The translations under genes and the position numbers were made by a program. Of a DNA stretch of 64,000 nucleotides, positions 9,549 through 20,623 are shown one piece after another; the stretch's first letter is position 1; each line of letters starts with the position of its first letter. The stretch comes from Candidatus Caenarcanales bacterium (GTDB lineage: Bacteria > Cyanobacteriota > Vampirovibrionia > Caenarcaniphilales > Caenarcanaceae): assembly GCA_030065015.1 (NCBI GenBank), contig JASJDU010000001.1:13814-77813 (forward strand). Reading direction: 5' to 3'. Below the pieces are notes generated by a model. It worked only from the letters and a program-made list of their open reading frames with translations. It ran no database searches and was not told the origin of the DNA.

Positions 9549-10304
9549 TCAAGAAGTAGCATCTAAATACTTGTTACCGCCGATCAAGGACAAATTAGGT
9601 TCGTAACAAATCAATGTTTTATCATAAGCTTGAGACTTAGTTAGTACTTCATTGACAAGATAAGACCATCCTCCAGTAAAGAGCAACTTACAGGGATAAT
9701 TAGTTTCACTTAAAAGCTTAATTGCATAGTCTGTTAAAAATAAAATCTGTTGAACCGCTCCTGTCAGTATTGATTCTTTAGCAGACCTAGGAATTTCGTC
9801 AAGAATCAAAGGTAAATCTAAAATATCTTTGTCTGTAATTTTATTTAAACTTGCAGTTTTTTCAGAGAGATACTCAAAAGAGCAGTCCATTCCCGGAACG
9901 ATAAGGCCGCCCTTATAAACAGCCTCTTCATTCTGCCAGTCTAGAATCGATAGTGTTGTACAAGTGCCAAAATCCAAAACACCGACAGAGTTATTAGGAT
10001 AAATCGACATTGCAGCAATTAAATTAGCAAGACGATCGACACCAAATTCTTCATAAAGTCCTCTTATACGAAATGTTTGCAAGGCTAAATCCTTATCAAA
10101 GAAGGTCAAAATTTTGTTTTGTGGAAGAAATTCATGAAGATCGGGTTTAACACTAACCACTAAATTATCCGCTCCAACAAATTCCAAGTTTTGGACATTT
10201 TTAGCGTTACTGGTTTCTTTTTTTATAGATTTAAGTTCCTCTCCCGAAAAAATTGCCAGCTTCAGATTTGTATTTCCGAGAATAAGAATTTGCTTATCTT
10301 TCAC
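9549..10304 (-). CDS. coaX: Type III pantothenate kinase.
   Basis: 'ILILGNTNLKLAIF' N-terminal motif, 'DFGTCTT', 'GGLIVPG'. ~250 aa. Confidence 0.7.
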   Translation of the reverse strand: MKDKQILILGNTNLKLAIFSGEELKSIKKETSNAKNVQNLEFVGADNLVVSVKPDLHEFLPQNKILTFFDKDLALQTFRIRGLYEEFGVDRLANLIAAMSIYPNNSVGVLDFGTCTTLSILDWQNEEAVYKGGLIVPGMDCSFEYLSEKTASLNKITDKDILDLPLILDEIPRSAKESILTGAVQQILFLTDYAIKLLSETNYPCKLLFTGGWSYLVNEVLTKSQAYDKTLICYEPNLSLIGGNKYLDATS

Positions 10305-10319
10305 TATGGGTTAATTTAA

Positions 10320-11507
10320 TTAACGTTTAAGACTAGAAAACTGGAGACTTAGTTTTTTTATTGAATCTAGGACGAATAAGGCTTCCTCTCTTGTATTAAA
10401 CAAGCCAAATGATAATCGAATAGAATTGGCGGCCCAATTACATTCCTCAGGCAATCTGTTAGGATACAAAGCTGAGATAACCTTAGAGGGCTCAATTGAC
10501 CCAGAGGAACAAGCAGAACCTGAACTAGCACAAACTCCCATCAAATTTAATCTTAGAATAGCAACGTCACCTTTTATTTCATCAAAAGATAGATTTATAT
10601 TTCCTGGTATTCGTTTCTCTAAATCTCGGCTTCCATTGAGTTGAATCCCAGAGATACCAATTAGTTCATCAAAAAATATTTGTTGAATCTCTTTTAAGCG
10701 CTGAGCCTCTGAAAACATCTCCTCAGTTCTCAAATCTATAGCTTTAGCTAAGCCAGCTATTCCAGGTATATTTTCAGTACCAGGAATCAAATTACCTTCT
10801 TGACCTCCCCCCCAAAAAAGTGGAGAAATACTCACTCCTTTTTTAATATATAAAACGCCAACCCCTTTGGGCGCATATACTTTGTGTCCAGAAATGGATA
10901 AAAAATCAACACCTTGCTCTTTAACATCAACTGGAACTTTACCAATAGACTGCACAGTATCCGAGTGAAATAGAACGTTATGTTTTTTGCATAAATCTGC
11001 AATTCTTTTAATATCTTGAATGGTTCCAATTTCATTGTTACCGTGAATTATAGATACTAGTAGAGTATGCTCACTCACTTCCCTTTCCAACTGCTCAAAA
11101 TCAATAAAGCCTTCTTCGTCAACGTTTAGCCTGGTTATCTGCCAACCTTCTGCTTCTAATTTTTTCATCGGCAAATCAACCGAAGAATGTTCGATTGAGG
11201 AAGTAATAATATGCTTTTGATTTGAGTTTAAGCTCTTTACTTTGTCTGTTAAGCCTAATATTGCAAGATTATTGGCCTCTGTACCACTTCTAGTGAAATA
11301 TATCTCAGAGGGTTCAGCATTTATAAACTTAGCAATTGTTTCTCTCGAGGTCTCGAGTAAATTCTTTGCTTTTTGTCCGTAGTGATGGAGACTAGAAGAA
11401 TTACCAAAACTCTCATTATCAATTTCCGCTAGCAACTTGGTTACTTCTTGCCTAGTTTGAGTTGTTGCAGCGTTGTCACAATATATAAATTGCTTTTCTT
11501 TTAACAT
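10320..11507 (-). CDS. Cysteine desulfurase, NifS/IscS class V aminotransferase.
   Basis: 'SGHKVYAPKGVGVLY' PLP-lysine motif, 'HHYGQ', active-site 'SSGSACSSGS'. Confidence 0.85.
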   Translation of the reverse strand: MLKEKQFIYCDNAATTQTRQEVTKLLAEIDNESFGNSSSLHHYGQKAKNLLETSRETIAKFINAEPSEIYFTRSGTEANNLAILGLTDKVKSLNSNQKHIITSSIEHSSVDLPMKKLEAEGWQITRLNVDEEGFIDFEQLEREVSEHTLLVSIIHGNNEIGTIQDIKRIADLCKKHNVLFHSDTVQSIGKVPVDVKEQGVDFLSISGHKVYAPKGVGVLYIKKGVSISPLFWGGGQEGNLIPGTENIPGIAGLAKAIDLRTEEMFSEAQRLKEIQQIFFDELIGISGIQLNGSRDLEKRIPGNINLSFDEIKGDVAILRLNLMGVCASSGSACSSGSIEPSKVISALYPNRLPEECNWAANSIRLSFGLFNTREEALFVLDSIKKLSLQFSSLKR

Positions 11508-11594
11508 AACATGGACAATAAATTAGGGAACAAGCATTAAGCATTGCCTGAATTTAAAGTTAACGAATAAATAAAGTTTAAAAAAGTTAATTAT

Positions 11595-12947
11595 CTAGAT
11601 ATCCAATTTTACTCTTTTCACATCCGCGCCTAATACTTTCAATTTACCAGTAAAATCATTATAGCCTCTATCAAGGTGGTGTAAGCCTCTCACTTCACTA
11701 GCCCCGTCTGCAGAGAGAGCCGCAATAAGCAAACCTGCAGTTGCCCTCAAATCACTTCCAATCACATTTGCTCCGGACAACTGTTCAATTCCTTTCATCA
11801 CTGCGACATTATGAGTCACCTGAATATCAGCACCCATTCTGGTCAAATCTTCAATATGAGAGAATCTATCCTCGTATATATTTTCTTTAATAATACTTGT
11901 ACCTTCAGAGATAGAAAGTAACGCCATCATTTGAGGCTGAAGATCAGTAGGAAAACCAGGGTACCAAATAGTGCTCAGTTCAGCAGCTTTTAATCTATTA
12001 GTATATTTAACTTTTAGGCACTTTTCTTTCGGAGAATCAATCTGAGCTCCCATCTCTTCAAGCTTACTTAGAAGTGAGGTTAAATGAGACGGAGCAACGT
12101 TTTCAATCAGAACGTTACCTTTTGTCGCTAAGGCTGCAATAACAAATGTACCAGCCTCAATTCTGTCAGGTATCGTCTCGTGTTCAGCCGCATGAAGATC
12201 TTGGAGCTTAACCCCTTCAATTTCAATTCGTTGAGAACCAGCGCCTTTAATCTTTGCACCACAAGCAATAAGAAAATTTGCTAAATCAACAATTTCAGGG
12301 TCTTTGGCTGCATTTTCTATAACAGTTACTCCTTTAGCAAGGACAGAAGCCATCATTAAGTTTTCAGTAGCACCATTAGAAGGTATATCTAGGTATATTT
12401 CTTTGCCCGTCAATCCACCAGAGGGACAAGTAGCCTCAACATAGCCATGGCTAGTTTCTAATTTTGCACCAAGAGACTTTAGACCTTTTTCATGCAAGTC
12501 CACTCTTCTTGTTCCAATTTGGCAGCCGCCTGGTAAAGAAACTTTTACGTGCCCCATTCTACCCAAGAGAGGACCTAGAACAACAAAGGATGCTCGCAAC
12601 CTACTCACAAGCTCATAAGGAGCATAAGATGAGTTTATATTAGTGCAATCAACTGAAAGAACCTCAGATTCTAATTTATATTCACACTCACCCCCAAGAT
12701 ACTCTATAAGCTCTATCATGCTGAAAACATCTAGAAGTGGAGGTACTTCTTTTATAGTCACTTTTGCGGGAACTAAAATGCAAGCAGCTATTTGCTTCAA
12801 CACGGCATTCTTTGCACCAGATATTCTCACAGTGCCGATAAGTGGGTTTCCGCCGTTTACTAGAATTTTTTCTTGCTTTTCCAATGATTTACTGTCGACT
12901 TCTTTAGAAGAAGGGTTTTTATGTTCAACAATTATTTTACTGTCCAT
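11595..12947 (-). CDS. murA: UDP-N-acetylglucosamine 1-carboxyvinyltransferase.
   Basis: 'ISGAKNAVLKQIAACIL', 'PGGCQIGTRRVDLH', 'RATAGLLIAAL'. 450 aa. Confidence 0.85.
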   Translation of the reverse strand: MDSKIIVEHKNPSSKEVDSKSLEKQEKILVNGGNPLIGTVRISGAKNAVLKQIAACILVPAKVTIKEVPPLLDVFSMIELIEYLGGECEYKLESEVLSVDCTNINSSYAPYELVSRLRASFVVLGPLLGRMGHVKVSLPGGCQIGTRRVDLHEKGLKSLGAKLETSHGYVEATCPSGGLTGKEIYLDIPSNGATENLMMASVLAKGVTVIENAAKDPEIVDLANFLIACGAKIKGAGSQRIEIEGVKLQDLHAAEHETIPDRIEAGTFVIAALATKGNVLIENVAPSHLTSLLSKLEEMGAQIDSPKEKCLKVKYTNRLKAAELSTIWYPGFPTDLQPQMMALLSISEGTSIIKENIYEDRFSHIEDLTRMGADIQVTHNVAVMKGIEQLSGANVIGSDLRATAGLLIAALSADGASEVRGLHHLDRGYNDFTGKLKVLGADVKRVKLDI

Positions 12948-13221
12948 TGAATCAAAATTGAATAACTGGATACCCAGTGAATTACCTCTTGAGGATTAAA
13001 AGAGATAAAGATTTACGTATATTTATTAAGGTGAAAATTATGGCAGCTTTTAGCCTTGATTGGTAGTTTTTTTACAATGGCTTAATCACTAAGTTGTACA
13101 AGATCCCAGTAATTACTAAATTAACTAAAATAGTTATTATAAATTAAGCTCAAAATTATTTATGAAATTATTTTTGTAATTAATATTTGTAACTAAGAAA
13201 ACCTATTACACATTCAAGAAA

Positions 13222-14577
13222 TTGTTCAAAAAAATATTAATAGCTAATCGAGGGGAAATTGCATTAAGAATTATTCGAGCCTGTAACGATTTATCAATAA
13301 ACACTGTCCTAATACATTCTCAAGCTGACGCCGACTCTCTCCCAGTTTCTTTAGCAGATGAAAGTTATTGTATTGGTCCAGCACCTGCAGCACAAAGCTA
13401 TTTAAATATCCCGTCAATAATCAACGTAGCTCTTTTAACTGGTGCTGAAGCAATTCATCCAGGATATGGTTTCCTTGCTGAAAATGCCCATTTCGCGGAA
13501 ATTTGCAGAGAACATAAAATTAAGTTTATTGGTCCCGCACCGGAAGCAATAAAACTCATGGGAGACAAAGCAACAGCAAGAGACACGGTCAACAAGCTGG
13601 AAGTTCCGACCGTTCCAGGATCCGATGGATTAATTAATAATTTATCTCAAGCAAAAAAACTGGCAGAAGAAATTGGATACCCAGTTTTAATAAAAGCAAC
13701 CGCCGGTGGTGGTGGAAGAGGGATGAGAATCGTTAATGATATCAAAGACCTAGAGACTTCATTAAATTCAGCAAGTCAAGAAGCCCAGGCAGCCTTTGGG
13801 AATGCAGGAGTTTATATCGAAAAGTTCATTGCCAACATGAGACATATTGAGTTTCAAATCTTTGCTGATGCTTTTGGTAATGTTGTGCATTTGGGAGAAA
13901 GAGATTGCTCAATCCAAAGAAGGCATCAAAAACTCATTGAAGAATCTCCCAGCCCTGCATTAAATGCTGAGCTTAGAGAAAAAATGGGCAATGCTGCTGT
14001 ACAGATTGCAAAATCCATTGAATATGAAGGGGCCGGAACAATTGAGTTCATACTGGATTTAGACACTCAAAGCTTCTATTTTATGGAAATGAACACAAGA
14101 ATTCAGGTCGAACATCCGGTTACTGAAATAGTCACTGGAACTGACTTAGTTGTAGAACAAATAAACGTTGCAGCAAATAAACCTTTATCGTTCAAGCAAA
14201 AAGACATCAATTTAAATGGACATTCAATAGAATTTAGAATCAATGCAGAAGATCCATTACACAACTTTAGGCCTTGCCCTGGATTCATTCAGGAATATAT
14301 TGGTCCCGGTGGAGTAGGAGTTAGACTAGATTCACACTGTTATGAAGGTTATGTATTGCCATCTTTTTATGACTCTTTAATTGGAAAACTAATCGTTCAC
14401 GGGGACAGCAGAAAACAAGCTATTGCAAGAGCAAAACGTGCATTGGATGAATATGGAATAGAAGGTATACAAACAACCATTCCATTTCACTTACAAGTTT
14501 TGGAAGATGAAAATTTTGTTACAAATAAAATAACAACAAAGTTTTTAGACAGTTTCATTATGAAAAACTTTGATTGA
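13222..14577 (+). CDS. accC: Biotin carboxylase subunit of acetyl-CoA carboxylase.
   Basis: '[19 protein letters not shown]', ATP-grasp '[18 protein letters not shown]', '[14 protein letters not shown]'. Confidence 0.9.
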   Translation: MFKKILIANRGEIALRIIRACNDLSINTVLIHSQADADSLPVSLADESYCIGPAPAAQSYLNIPSIINVALLTGAEAIHPGYGFLAENAHFAEICREHKIKFIGPAPEAIKLMGDKATARDTVNKLEVPTVPGSDGLINNLSQAKKLAEEIGYPVLIKATAGGGGRGMRIVNDIKDLETSLNSASQEAQAAFGNAGVYIEKFIANMRHIEFQIFADAFGNVVHLGERDCSIQRRHQKLIEESPSPALNAELREKMGNAAVQIAKSIEYEGAGTIEFILDLDTQSFYFMEMNTRIQVEHPVTEIVTGTDLVVEQINVAANKPLSFKQKDINLNGHSIEFRINAEDPLHNFRPCPGFIQEYIGPGGVGVRLDSHCYEGYVLPSFYDSLIGKLIVHGDSRKQAIARAKRALDEYGIEGIQTTIPFHLQVLEDENFVTNKITTKFLDSFIMKNFD

Positions 14578-14722
14578 AGAACTAGGAACCTAAAAGAATA
14601 CAAAGTTAGAACTTCTAAATTGAGAGTTTTGAGTCTATCTAGGGAAACCCCTTAGAACCCAAGATTTAACAGAGGTACTTAAAGCAAATTTCAGCGTAAA
14701 TTAATATTAAGAACTATTTTAT

Positions 14723-15268
14723 TTGCTTTTAGGTGCTTGGGAAATGCAAGATAAGTTAAATTCAGAAAAAGAATCGATGCACATTGAATCTCTAGCGGGT
14801 AATTTGCTATATCGTGACTATAACCCTAACAATTCATCTGAGACATTAATAATTGAAAGAAACATTAAAGAGGTTTTCGACTTTATTGAAACAACTATTA
14901 ATAATCACAAAAATCAATTTAGTATCTGTAGAACCATTTTTGACCTCGACTACATTCTAGAGATTGAATTCCAAAACAAATATCTTCGCTTTACTTTTGA
15001 CTCAGAACAACTCTTATTACCAAAGTCAGACGATAATGTTGACGCAATCATACAGTTAAATTATACGGGAGAAGATATAAAACCAATCCGAGGGAAGGTA
15101 ATTGATTCAAGAAAGTTTCAAGGCATTGTCGACAAATTATATTTACTTGACGACGCTTGGTATTTATTAAACCCTAAAGAATTTTGCAAAATAATGCCTT
15201 TAGAAGATTTTATATTATCTACATACACTCTAAACAACAGGATTCTAGCTGACGTTTTCGATGCTTAA
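14723..15268 (+). CDS. Hypothetical protein.
   Basis: 181-aa ORF with no recognisable motif. The start may be the internal Met at 14744. Confidence 0.3.
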   Translation: MLLGAWEMQDKLNSEKESMHIESLAGNLLYRDYNPNNSSETLIIERNIKEVFDFIETTINNHKNQFSICRTIFDLDYILEIEFQNKYLRFTFDSEQLLLPKSDDNVDAIIQLNYTGEDIKPIRGKVIDSRKFQGIVDKLYLLDDAWYLLNPKEFCKIMPLEDFILSTYTLNNRILADVFDA

Positions 15269-15357
15269 GAACTAAAGCTTAGTTTTCAGAAAAATCAAAC
15301 AATGAAGCCATTAATACAAGTTGTGATAATCTTTGAAGTCCAATCCAAGTTTGAAAA

Positions 15358-16575
15358 TCAAACCAAACTATTCAATCTTTCTACAACATTTGCGCTTCTA
15401 GCTAATCTCAGCTCTAAATCTTTGAATACATTCATAAAGTTAATATAACCATCGTAGGGAGAATCATAAGGGCTAAAGTATTTGTGCACATCTCCATCAG
15501 AATAGTTTTTAGTACACATATAGTAGAAATGGTCAGAGGTGGTCAATCTTCTCCAAATATCCAATAAATTTGCATCCCCGGTTTCTTTAACTTGATTCTC
15601 TAATGAATAGATTTTCTCAAATGCTTCCTTCTGCATAGGATTAGAATTCCAGGCAGAGATATCTCGTTCTTCATCCGCCCATGAAGTATAATTCGGACAT
15701 TCATAACTACCAACTGCAGGTAATTCGTTTATCGCTTCACTCGGCAAAATAAAGTTGTGTTTCCCTTCTTTTAAAAGCTCTTTCGGAAGATATCTCATAA
15801 ATTCAAAAATTCCGGACTTATCCCACTGATGTTCTCCAAAAGTTTCAAAATCCATAAATAAATTAATGCAACTTCCATCAACTGAAGCATTATCTATCCA
15901 ATTAGCAAATTTTTCAGTGGTTAAAGGCCATTCTCCCCAAGATTGATTGGAAAAGCGAAAAGCAATATCGTCTGATAGCTTGTAATTTTTGAGGAGAAGC
16001 TTTAACTCAGGATTTTTGGGATGTGCATAAACATAGTTTGGCGAACGCCAACCGAGACTATCATCAGATCCTTCTGCAAGAATACCCTCGTAACCAAGCT
16101 TAGAGATTTCTTCGCCAATCCAATCCGAGTAAATCAACTCGGTATTTCTAAATACTTTTGGTTTTTCTCCAAACACTTCCCAAATCTTTTGCTTGTGCAA
16201 GTCAATCTGTTCTTTCCATTCTTCTTTGCTATAAAGGAAAGATAGAGAATGATAATAAGTCTCAGACAATATTTCCACACAACCACTTGCCACCAACTCC
16301 TGAAAAGCTTCTAACACCTGAGGAGCATAACGCTGTGCCTGTTCTAGAAAAACTCCTGAAAAACTAAAAGCAAACTTAAATTGACCATCAGTTTGTTTAA
16401 TAAGTCGTTTCAACAAACGTGTCATTGGCAGATAGCACTTATTTGCAACTTTTTTAAAGATCAAATCGTTGTTTCTATCATCCAAATAAAATGGAGATCT
16501 TCCTATATCAAAAAATCTATAATCCCTCAATCGATCGGGTTGATGAACCTGAAAATAAAAGCAGACAGATACCAT
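15358..16575 (-). CDS. Glycoside hydrolase family 57 protein (alpha-glucan processing).
   Basis: N-terminal 'CFYFQVHQPDRL' GH57 signature (HQP), 'HSLSFLYS', 'WIGEE' region. Same strand as, and downstream of, the glycosyltransferase gene. Confidence 0.7.
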   Translation of the reverse strand: MVSVCFYFQVHQPDRLRDYRFFDIGRSPFYLDDRNNDLIFKKVANKCYLPMTRLLKRLIKQTDGQFKFAFSFSGVFLEQAQRYAPQVLEAFQELVASGCVEILSETYYHSLSFLYSKEEWKEQIDLHKQKIWEVFGEKPKVFRNTELIYSDWIGEEISKLGYEGILAEGSDDSLGWRSPNYVYAHPKNPELKLLLKNYKLSDDIAFRFSNQSWGEWPLTTEKFANWIDNASVDGSCINLFMDFETFGEHQWDKSGIFEFMRYLPKELLKEGKHNFILPSEAINELPAVGSYECPNYTSWADEERDISAWNSNPMQKEAFEKIYSLENQVKETGDANLLDIWRRLTTSDHFYYMCTKNYSDGDVHKYFSPYDSPYDGYINFMNVFKDLELRLARSANVVERLNSLV

Positions 16576-16807
16576 TGATTTCCTTTATGATCTTTCACTT
16601 TGCTATTTGTTATATGCCCAAATTTCAGGGAAATCCCTCAAAAAGCTAAGATCAAAATCAATGAAATTATCAATTTCTTCTAAACAAAATTTTCCGCTTC
16701 AACTCAAATATTAATTTGCGAATTTATTAAATTGATAAATCTCAAGAAAGTTCTTCGGAAACCCCGAAGAGACCCAACCGGATAAACGCAGTTAATATTT
16801 TGAACCT

Positions 16808-18154
16808 CTAAGCAGCAACAAGGGAACTCTCACAAACTTCGAAGTACTTCTGCTCTAAATTACCAGCGACTCTGTCCCAGCTTATTGGATGCAAATCATC
16901 ATAAGCTCTTTCTTGAAGCTCATTTGAAAGAGTTTTATAGGTTAACACCGAAAGTATTAAAGAAGCCAATCTTTCAACATCCCAAAAATCATATCGCAGA
17001 ACATGCTTGAGAACCTCCGAAACGCCAGATTGCTTAGAAATTATGACAGGCAGCCTATTGGATAAAGCCTCTAGAGGAGTCAAACCGAAAGGCTCAGAAA
17101 CTGAAGACAAGACAAAACAATCAGCTAATTGATAAGCTTCTTTTACAGCGTTACCCTTCAATGGACCAGTAAAATTAACACTTTCTTGAATACCCAGCTC
17201 ATAAGCTCTCCCTCTAAGATAGTCAACCATATCTCCAGCACCAGCAACAATAAATTCGACATTAGAGTTTACCTGCAAAACTCTATGCGCTGCCTCCAAG
17301 AAATAGTTTGGGCCCTTTTGATAGGTTACCCTTCCCAAGAAAAGTACTTTAGGTTTTTTGTTTGTCTTTTTCTCGACTTTCTTAGACTGGCTGGCCAAAT
17401 CAATCCCATTATGCAAGACGTCAATTTTATTTGAATTGATACCATAGTTATTAATCAATATATCTTTTGTAAATTGGCTAACAGCCATCACTTTATCTGC
17501 AGCTTCACAACCGGTTTTTTCAAAGTGACGCACTTGATCGTTTCCATTACCCGGGCAACGATCGAATTCTGTTGCATGAACATGACATAAAAGAGGTTTC
17601 CCGGTCACTTCTTTCGCGACAATACCAGCACCAAAAGTCAACCAGTCATGACAATGGATCACATCAAAGCTTAGCGAACCTGCTATTGAACCAGCGACTT
17701 GATTATAACGAACTACTTCTTCAATTAAGTTATCTCCATAAACAGACTTATTGCCTGCAACCGATGAATGCTCAACGGTTTTATGTTCTTCAGAAAGTAT
17801 TTGCTGAATAGCTTCCTCACTCAATCTGCTCATCTGCAAGGGCTCATTAATTGTTAGATAGGGCTCAATAGGAGACTCTATTTCTATTGTCCTAATATTT
17901 TCAATTAACTTTTCTTGTATTTTGGTTTTCACGCAAAAATCAAAAAATTCTGCACCCAGAATCGTAAGACCGTCTTCTTTAGAGCTTGTGACATTTTTTG
18001 GAAGAATGAGAGTTATATCAAACCCCCTTCTTATCAATGCTTTAACCATCCCATGACAAGCAGTTCCAAGGCCGCCAGCTACGTAAGGAGGAAATTCCCA
18101 GCCAAACATTAGGATTTTTGGTTTTCTCTTCTGTTCAGTTAACAACTGCGCCAC
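16808..18154 (-). CDS. Glycogen-synthase-like glycosyltransferase (GT4/GT5 group 1).
   Basis: 'KILMFGWEFPPYVAGGLG' N-terminal sugar-acceptor motif. C-terminal GT-B 'EPFGLTPLEAL'. 448 aa. Confidence 0.65.
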   Translation of the reverse strand: MAQLLTEQKRKPKILMFGWEFPPYVAGGLGTACHGMVKALIRRGFDITLILPKNVTSSKEDGLTILGAEFFDFCVKTKIQEKLIENIRTIEIESPIEPYLTINEPLQMSRLSEEAIQQILSEEHKTVEHSSVAGNKSVYGDNLIEEVVRYNQVAGSIAGSLSFDVIHCHDWLTFGAGIVAKEVTGKPLLCHVHATEFDRCPGNGNDQVRHFEKTGCEAADKVMAVSQFTKDILINNYGINSNKIDVLHNGIDLASQSKKVEKKTNKKPKVLFLGRVTYQKGPNYFLEAAHRVLQVNSNVEFIVAGAGDMVDYLRGRAYELGIQESVNFTGPLKGNAVKEAYQLADCFVLSSVSEPFGLTPLEALSNRLPVIISKQSGVSEVLKHVLRYDFWDVERLASLILSVLTYKTLSNELQERAYDDLHPISWDRVAGNLEQKYFEVCESSLVAA

Positions 18155-18239
18155 TATGTTCTTAATTTCAAATATACTTATATCCGCATAAATAATATGC
18201 CCTTAAATTAGGGAAAGCATCATTTCATCTATAAAAATT

Positions 18240-18968
18240 TTGCACTTAAACCTTATTATTATTTTGGACTTCAATCACAAAGAAAAATACACTGGAATTC
18301 TACTGGCCGCTGGCTCCGGCAAACGATTTTCGAGAGACAAGCCCAAACAGTTTTGGGAAATTGAGACGGGAATTACGGTCCTGGAAAAAAGTTTCAATGT
18401 CATTGCTCAAGTTGTAAAAAAAATAATCGTTGCACTTCCCAAAGAGACCGACCTTAAAGACTTAAAGATAAAGAAACAACTAAATGATTTAGCGGAGCAA
18501 AATAAAGTATCCTTAGTTTTAGTTTCTGGAGGTTCCACCAGACAAGAATCAGTGCTCAATTGCCTTGAGTATATTGATTCAGACTTCTTGTTGATTCACG
18601 ATTCGGCAAGACCCTTTTTAAGCATTGAAGATGTAAAGAATTTGTTAGAAAGAGCACTATGCTGTAAAGCCGCAATACTAGCCAAACCTCTCACCAGCAC
18701 AATTAAGTTATGCAAACGGTCAAGCAACTTACAAGAGAAAACAGTTAAAACAATTGAAAGAACAATTGATCGATCAACTCTATGGTCTGCAGAAACACCA
18801 CAAGCTTTTGAAACAAACTTATTTAAAAAAGCAGTTGAACACGCAAAAAAAAATAATTTCGAAGGAACAGATGATTCTTCAATCATGGAAAACTATGGAT
18901 ATTCTGTTGAGATTGTTGAAAGCAAATTCAAGAATGAAAAAATTACTTTTCAAAGAGATCTCAATTGA
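18240..18968 (+). CDS. ispD: 2-C-methyl-D-erythritol 4-phosphate cytidylyltransferase.
   Basis: 'GILLAAGSGKRF..KPKQF', 'VLVSGGSTRQESV', 'IHDSARPF'. The true start may be the TTG near 18264. Confidence 0.75.
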   Translation: MHLNLIIILDFNHKEKYTGILLAAGSGKRFSRDKPKQFWEIETGITVLEKSFNVIAQVVKKIIVALPKETDLKDLKIKKQLNDLAEQNKVSLVLVSGGSTRQESVLNCLEYIDSDFLLIHDSARPFLSIEDVKNLLERALCCKAAILAKPLTSTIKLCKRSSNLQEKTVKTIERTIDRSTLWSAETPQAFETNLFKKAVEHAKKNNFEGTDDSSIMENYGYSVEIVESKFKNEKITFQRDLN

Positions 18969-18979
18969 GCCTTAGCTTA

Positions 18980-20107
18980 TTAAGCAGTCCTCTTCAAAGA
19001 GTCTACATATAGACTTGCATCCTCTTCCGCAGACTCTTCAACCCAATCTTCCATTATTTGTGAAATAGAAAAGCCTTGCTCATATTTATCTATTTTATGA
19101 GTAGCCTCATTACCTTCTAATAGGACTCTTTCAATGGGTTTCAAGTATTTAGAAATGCCCAAAGATTCTGCTAAATCCCGATCTTCTTCAAGTCTCAATT
19201 CTATTGCCTCATAAACCGTTGTTTCTCTTTCTAAAACCCAATCAGAGAAATGTGCAGACAAGCCACTAGTTGCCGCTAAGCTTTCATTCTCATCAGATAA
19301 ATGGATCAGAGAATAATCTTCAGGAGGGACCTTCAACTCAGGGTTAGAAAGAAAATGTTGGACCCTCAATTCAATCCAAGCCATGAGTGCTAGAGTCAAA
19401 TCCCACTTAGTGCAAAGGTCAGCAATTCTCAATTCAATTCTATTAATTTCTGAAGGTCTGTTCGGACCATTGGGTCTAACTGCACCCCAGAAATGTCTAA
19501 TATTAAACAGTTTGCCTTGCTGAACACTCAAATTCAGCCATTCGCAATAATCTTGGTGATCTTTAAAGAAAGGAATATGCTCGGGCACTTTAGGAAAAAT
19601 CGACCAACGATGAGATTGATTTCCCGTGATTTTACCGTCATAAAACGGTGAACTAGCCGAAAGGGCCAAAATCAAGGGAGCTTCCATTCTAAGCAGATTG
19701 ACTAGTCGAATTATTTCCTCTGGATCATCTAATCCAATATTAAAATGAAGACTAGTAGTAATTACATTCACTCCATGTGATTCATATATATGTTGATGAT
19801 AGGGTTCCTCGGGTTTACTAAAGATGAAACCTTTATCAAATGGTAGAGAAAGGGCACTTCCAGGAACAATAGTCCAATTCGGATCCTGATCGGAGAGAAA
19901 CTCTCTTAACCTCATTCGGGATTCAACCAAGTATTTTAAGAGGTCATCATAAGATTCAGTCGGAGAAGTTATATACTCCACATTTCTTTGGTCAGGCTCA
20001 ACCGTAAAGCCCGGCAGATTTTGACATATTAATGCTGAAAGAGGAAGGACTTGTCCATCTTTCTGCCCAATGAATTGTTCAACCTCTATTCCTTTTTTAA
20101 GCAACAT
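18980..20107 (-). CDS. Carboxylate-amine ligase of the glutamate-cysteine ligase family 2 (GCS2/YbdK-like).
   Basis: ~375 aa. Architecture and motifs ('HFNIGLDDPEE', 'RWSIFPK') resemble the GCS2 family. This is a weak, motif-level call only. Confidence 0.5.
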   Translation of the reverse strand: MLLKKGIEVEQFIGQKDGQVLPLSALICQNLPGFTVEPDQRNVEYITSPTESYDDLLKYLVESRMRLREFLSDQDPNWTIVPGSALSLPFDKGFIFSKPEEPYHQHIYESHGVNVITTSLHFNIGLDDPEEIIRLVNLLRMEAPLILALSASSPFYDGKITGNQSHRWSIFPKVPEHIPFFKDHQDYCEWLNLSVQQGKLFNIRHFWGAVRPNGPNRPSEINRIELRIADLCTKWDLTLALMAWIELRVQHFLSNPELKVPPEDYSLIHLSDENESLAATSGLSAHFSDWVLERETTVYEAIELRLEEDRDLAESLGISKYLKPIERVLLEGNEATHKIDKYEQGFSISQIMEDWVEESAEEDASLYVDSLKRTA

Positions 20108-20622
20108 TACTTCCTGGGAAATCCAGCTTTTTCAAGGACCTTATCTTGAAGACTGAACATCACTTTCGATTGACTTTCTTCTTCATGATCATACCCTAGT
20201 AAATGCAAAAAGCCGTGAACAAATAAAAATGCGGCTTCTCGCTCAACTGAATGATTTAGATCTTGAGCTTGCTCTTGAAGCTTATCCAATGAAATCACAA
20301 TATCCCCAAATTCGATTTCCATACCTCGATCGTATTCAAACTTCAGAGACTTATTAAAGTTTTCAAAGACTGGAAAAGATAAAACATCAGTTTCATTATT
20401 TATATCTCTAAACTGATCATTTAGCTCTTTAATTTTTTGATTAGCAACAATCATTACAGAAAAACACAATGTATTATCTTCAAAATTGTTCAGACTTATT
20501 GTGGTTTGAGTTTCTAAAGCAATTAATGCTAATTTATGGACGTTGAACTCCCACCATGATTTATTCAAAAGTTTGTTTCTTTTATAACAAATAATTTGTG
20601 GATCCAGCTTATATTTAAACAT
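20107..20622 (-). CDS. ybeY: rRNA maturation endoribonuclease YbeY.
   Basis: Zinc motif 'HGFLHLLGYDHEEE' (H..H.....H). Confidence 0.75.
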   Translation of the reverse strand: MFKYKLDPQIICYKRNKLLNKSWWEFNVHKLALIALETQTTISLNNFEDNTLCFSVMIVANQKIKELNDQFRDINNETDVLSFPVFENFNKSLKFEYDRGMEIEFGDIVISLDKLQEQAQDLNHSVEREAAFLFVHGFLHLLGYDHEEESQSKVMFSLQDKVLEKAGFPRK

Positions 20623-20623
20623 T

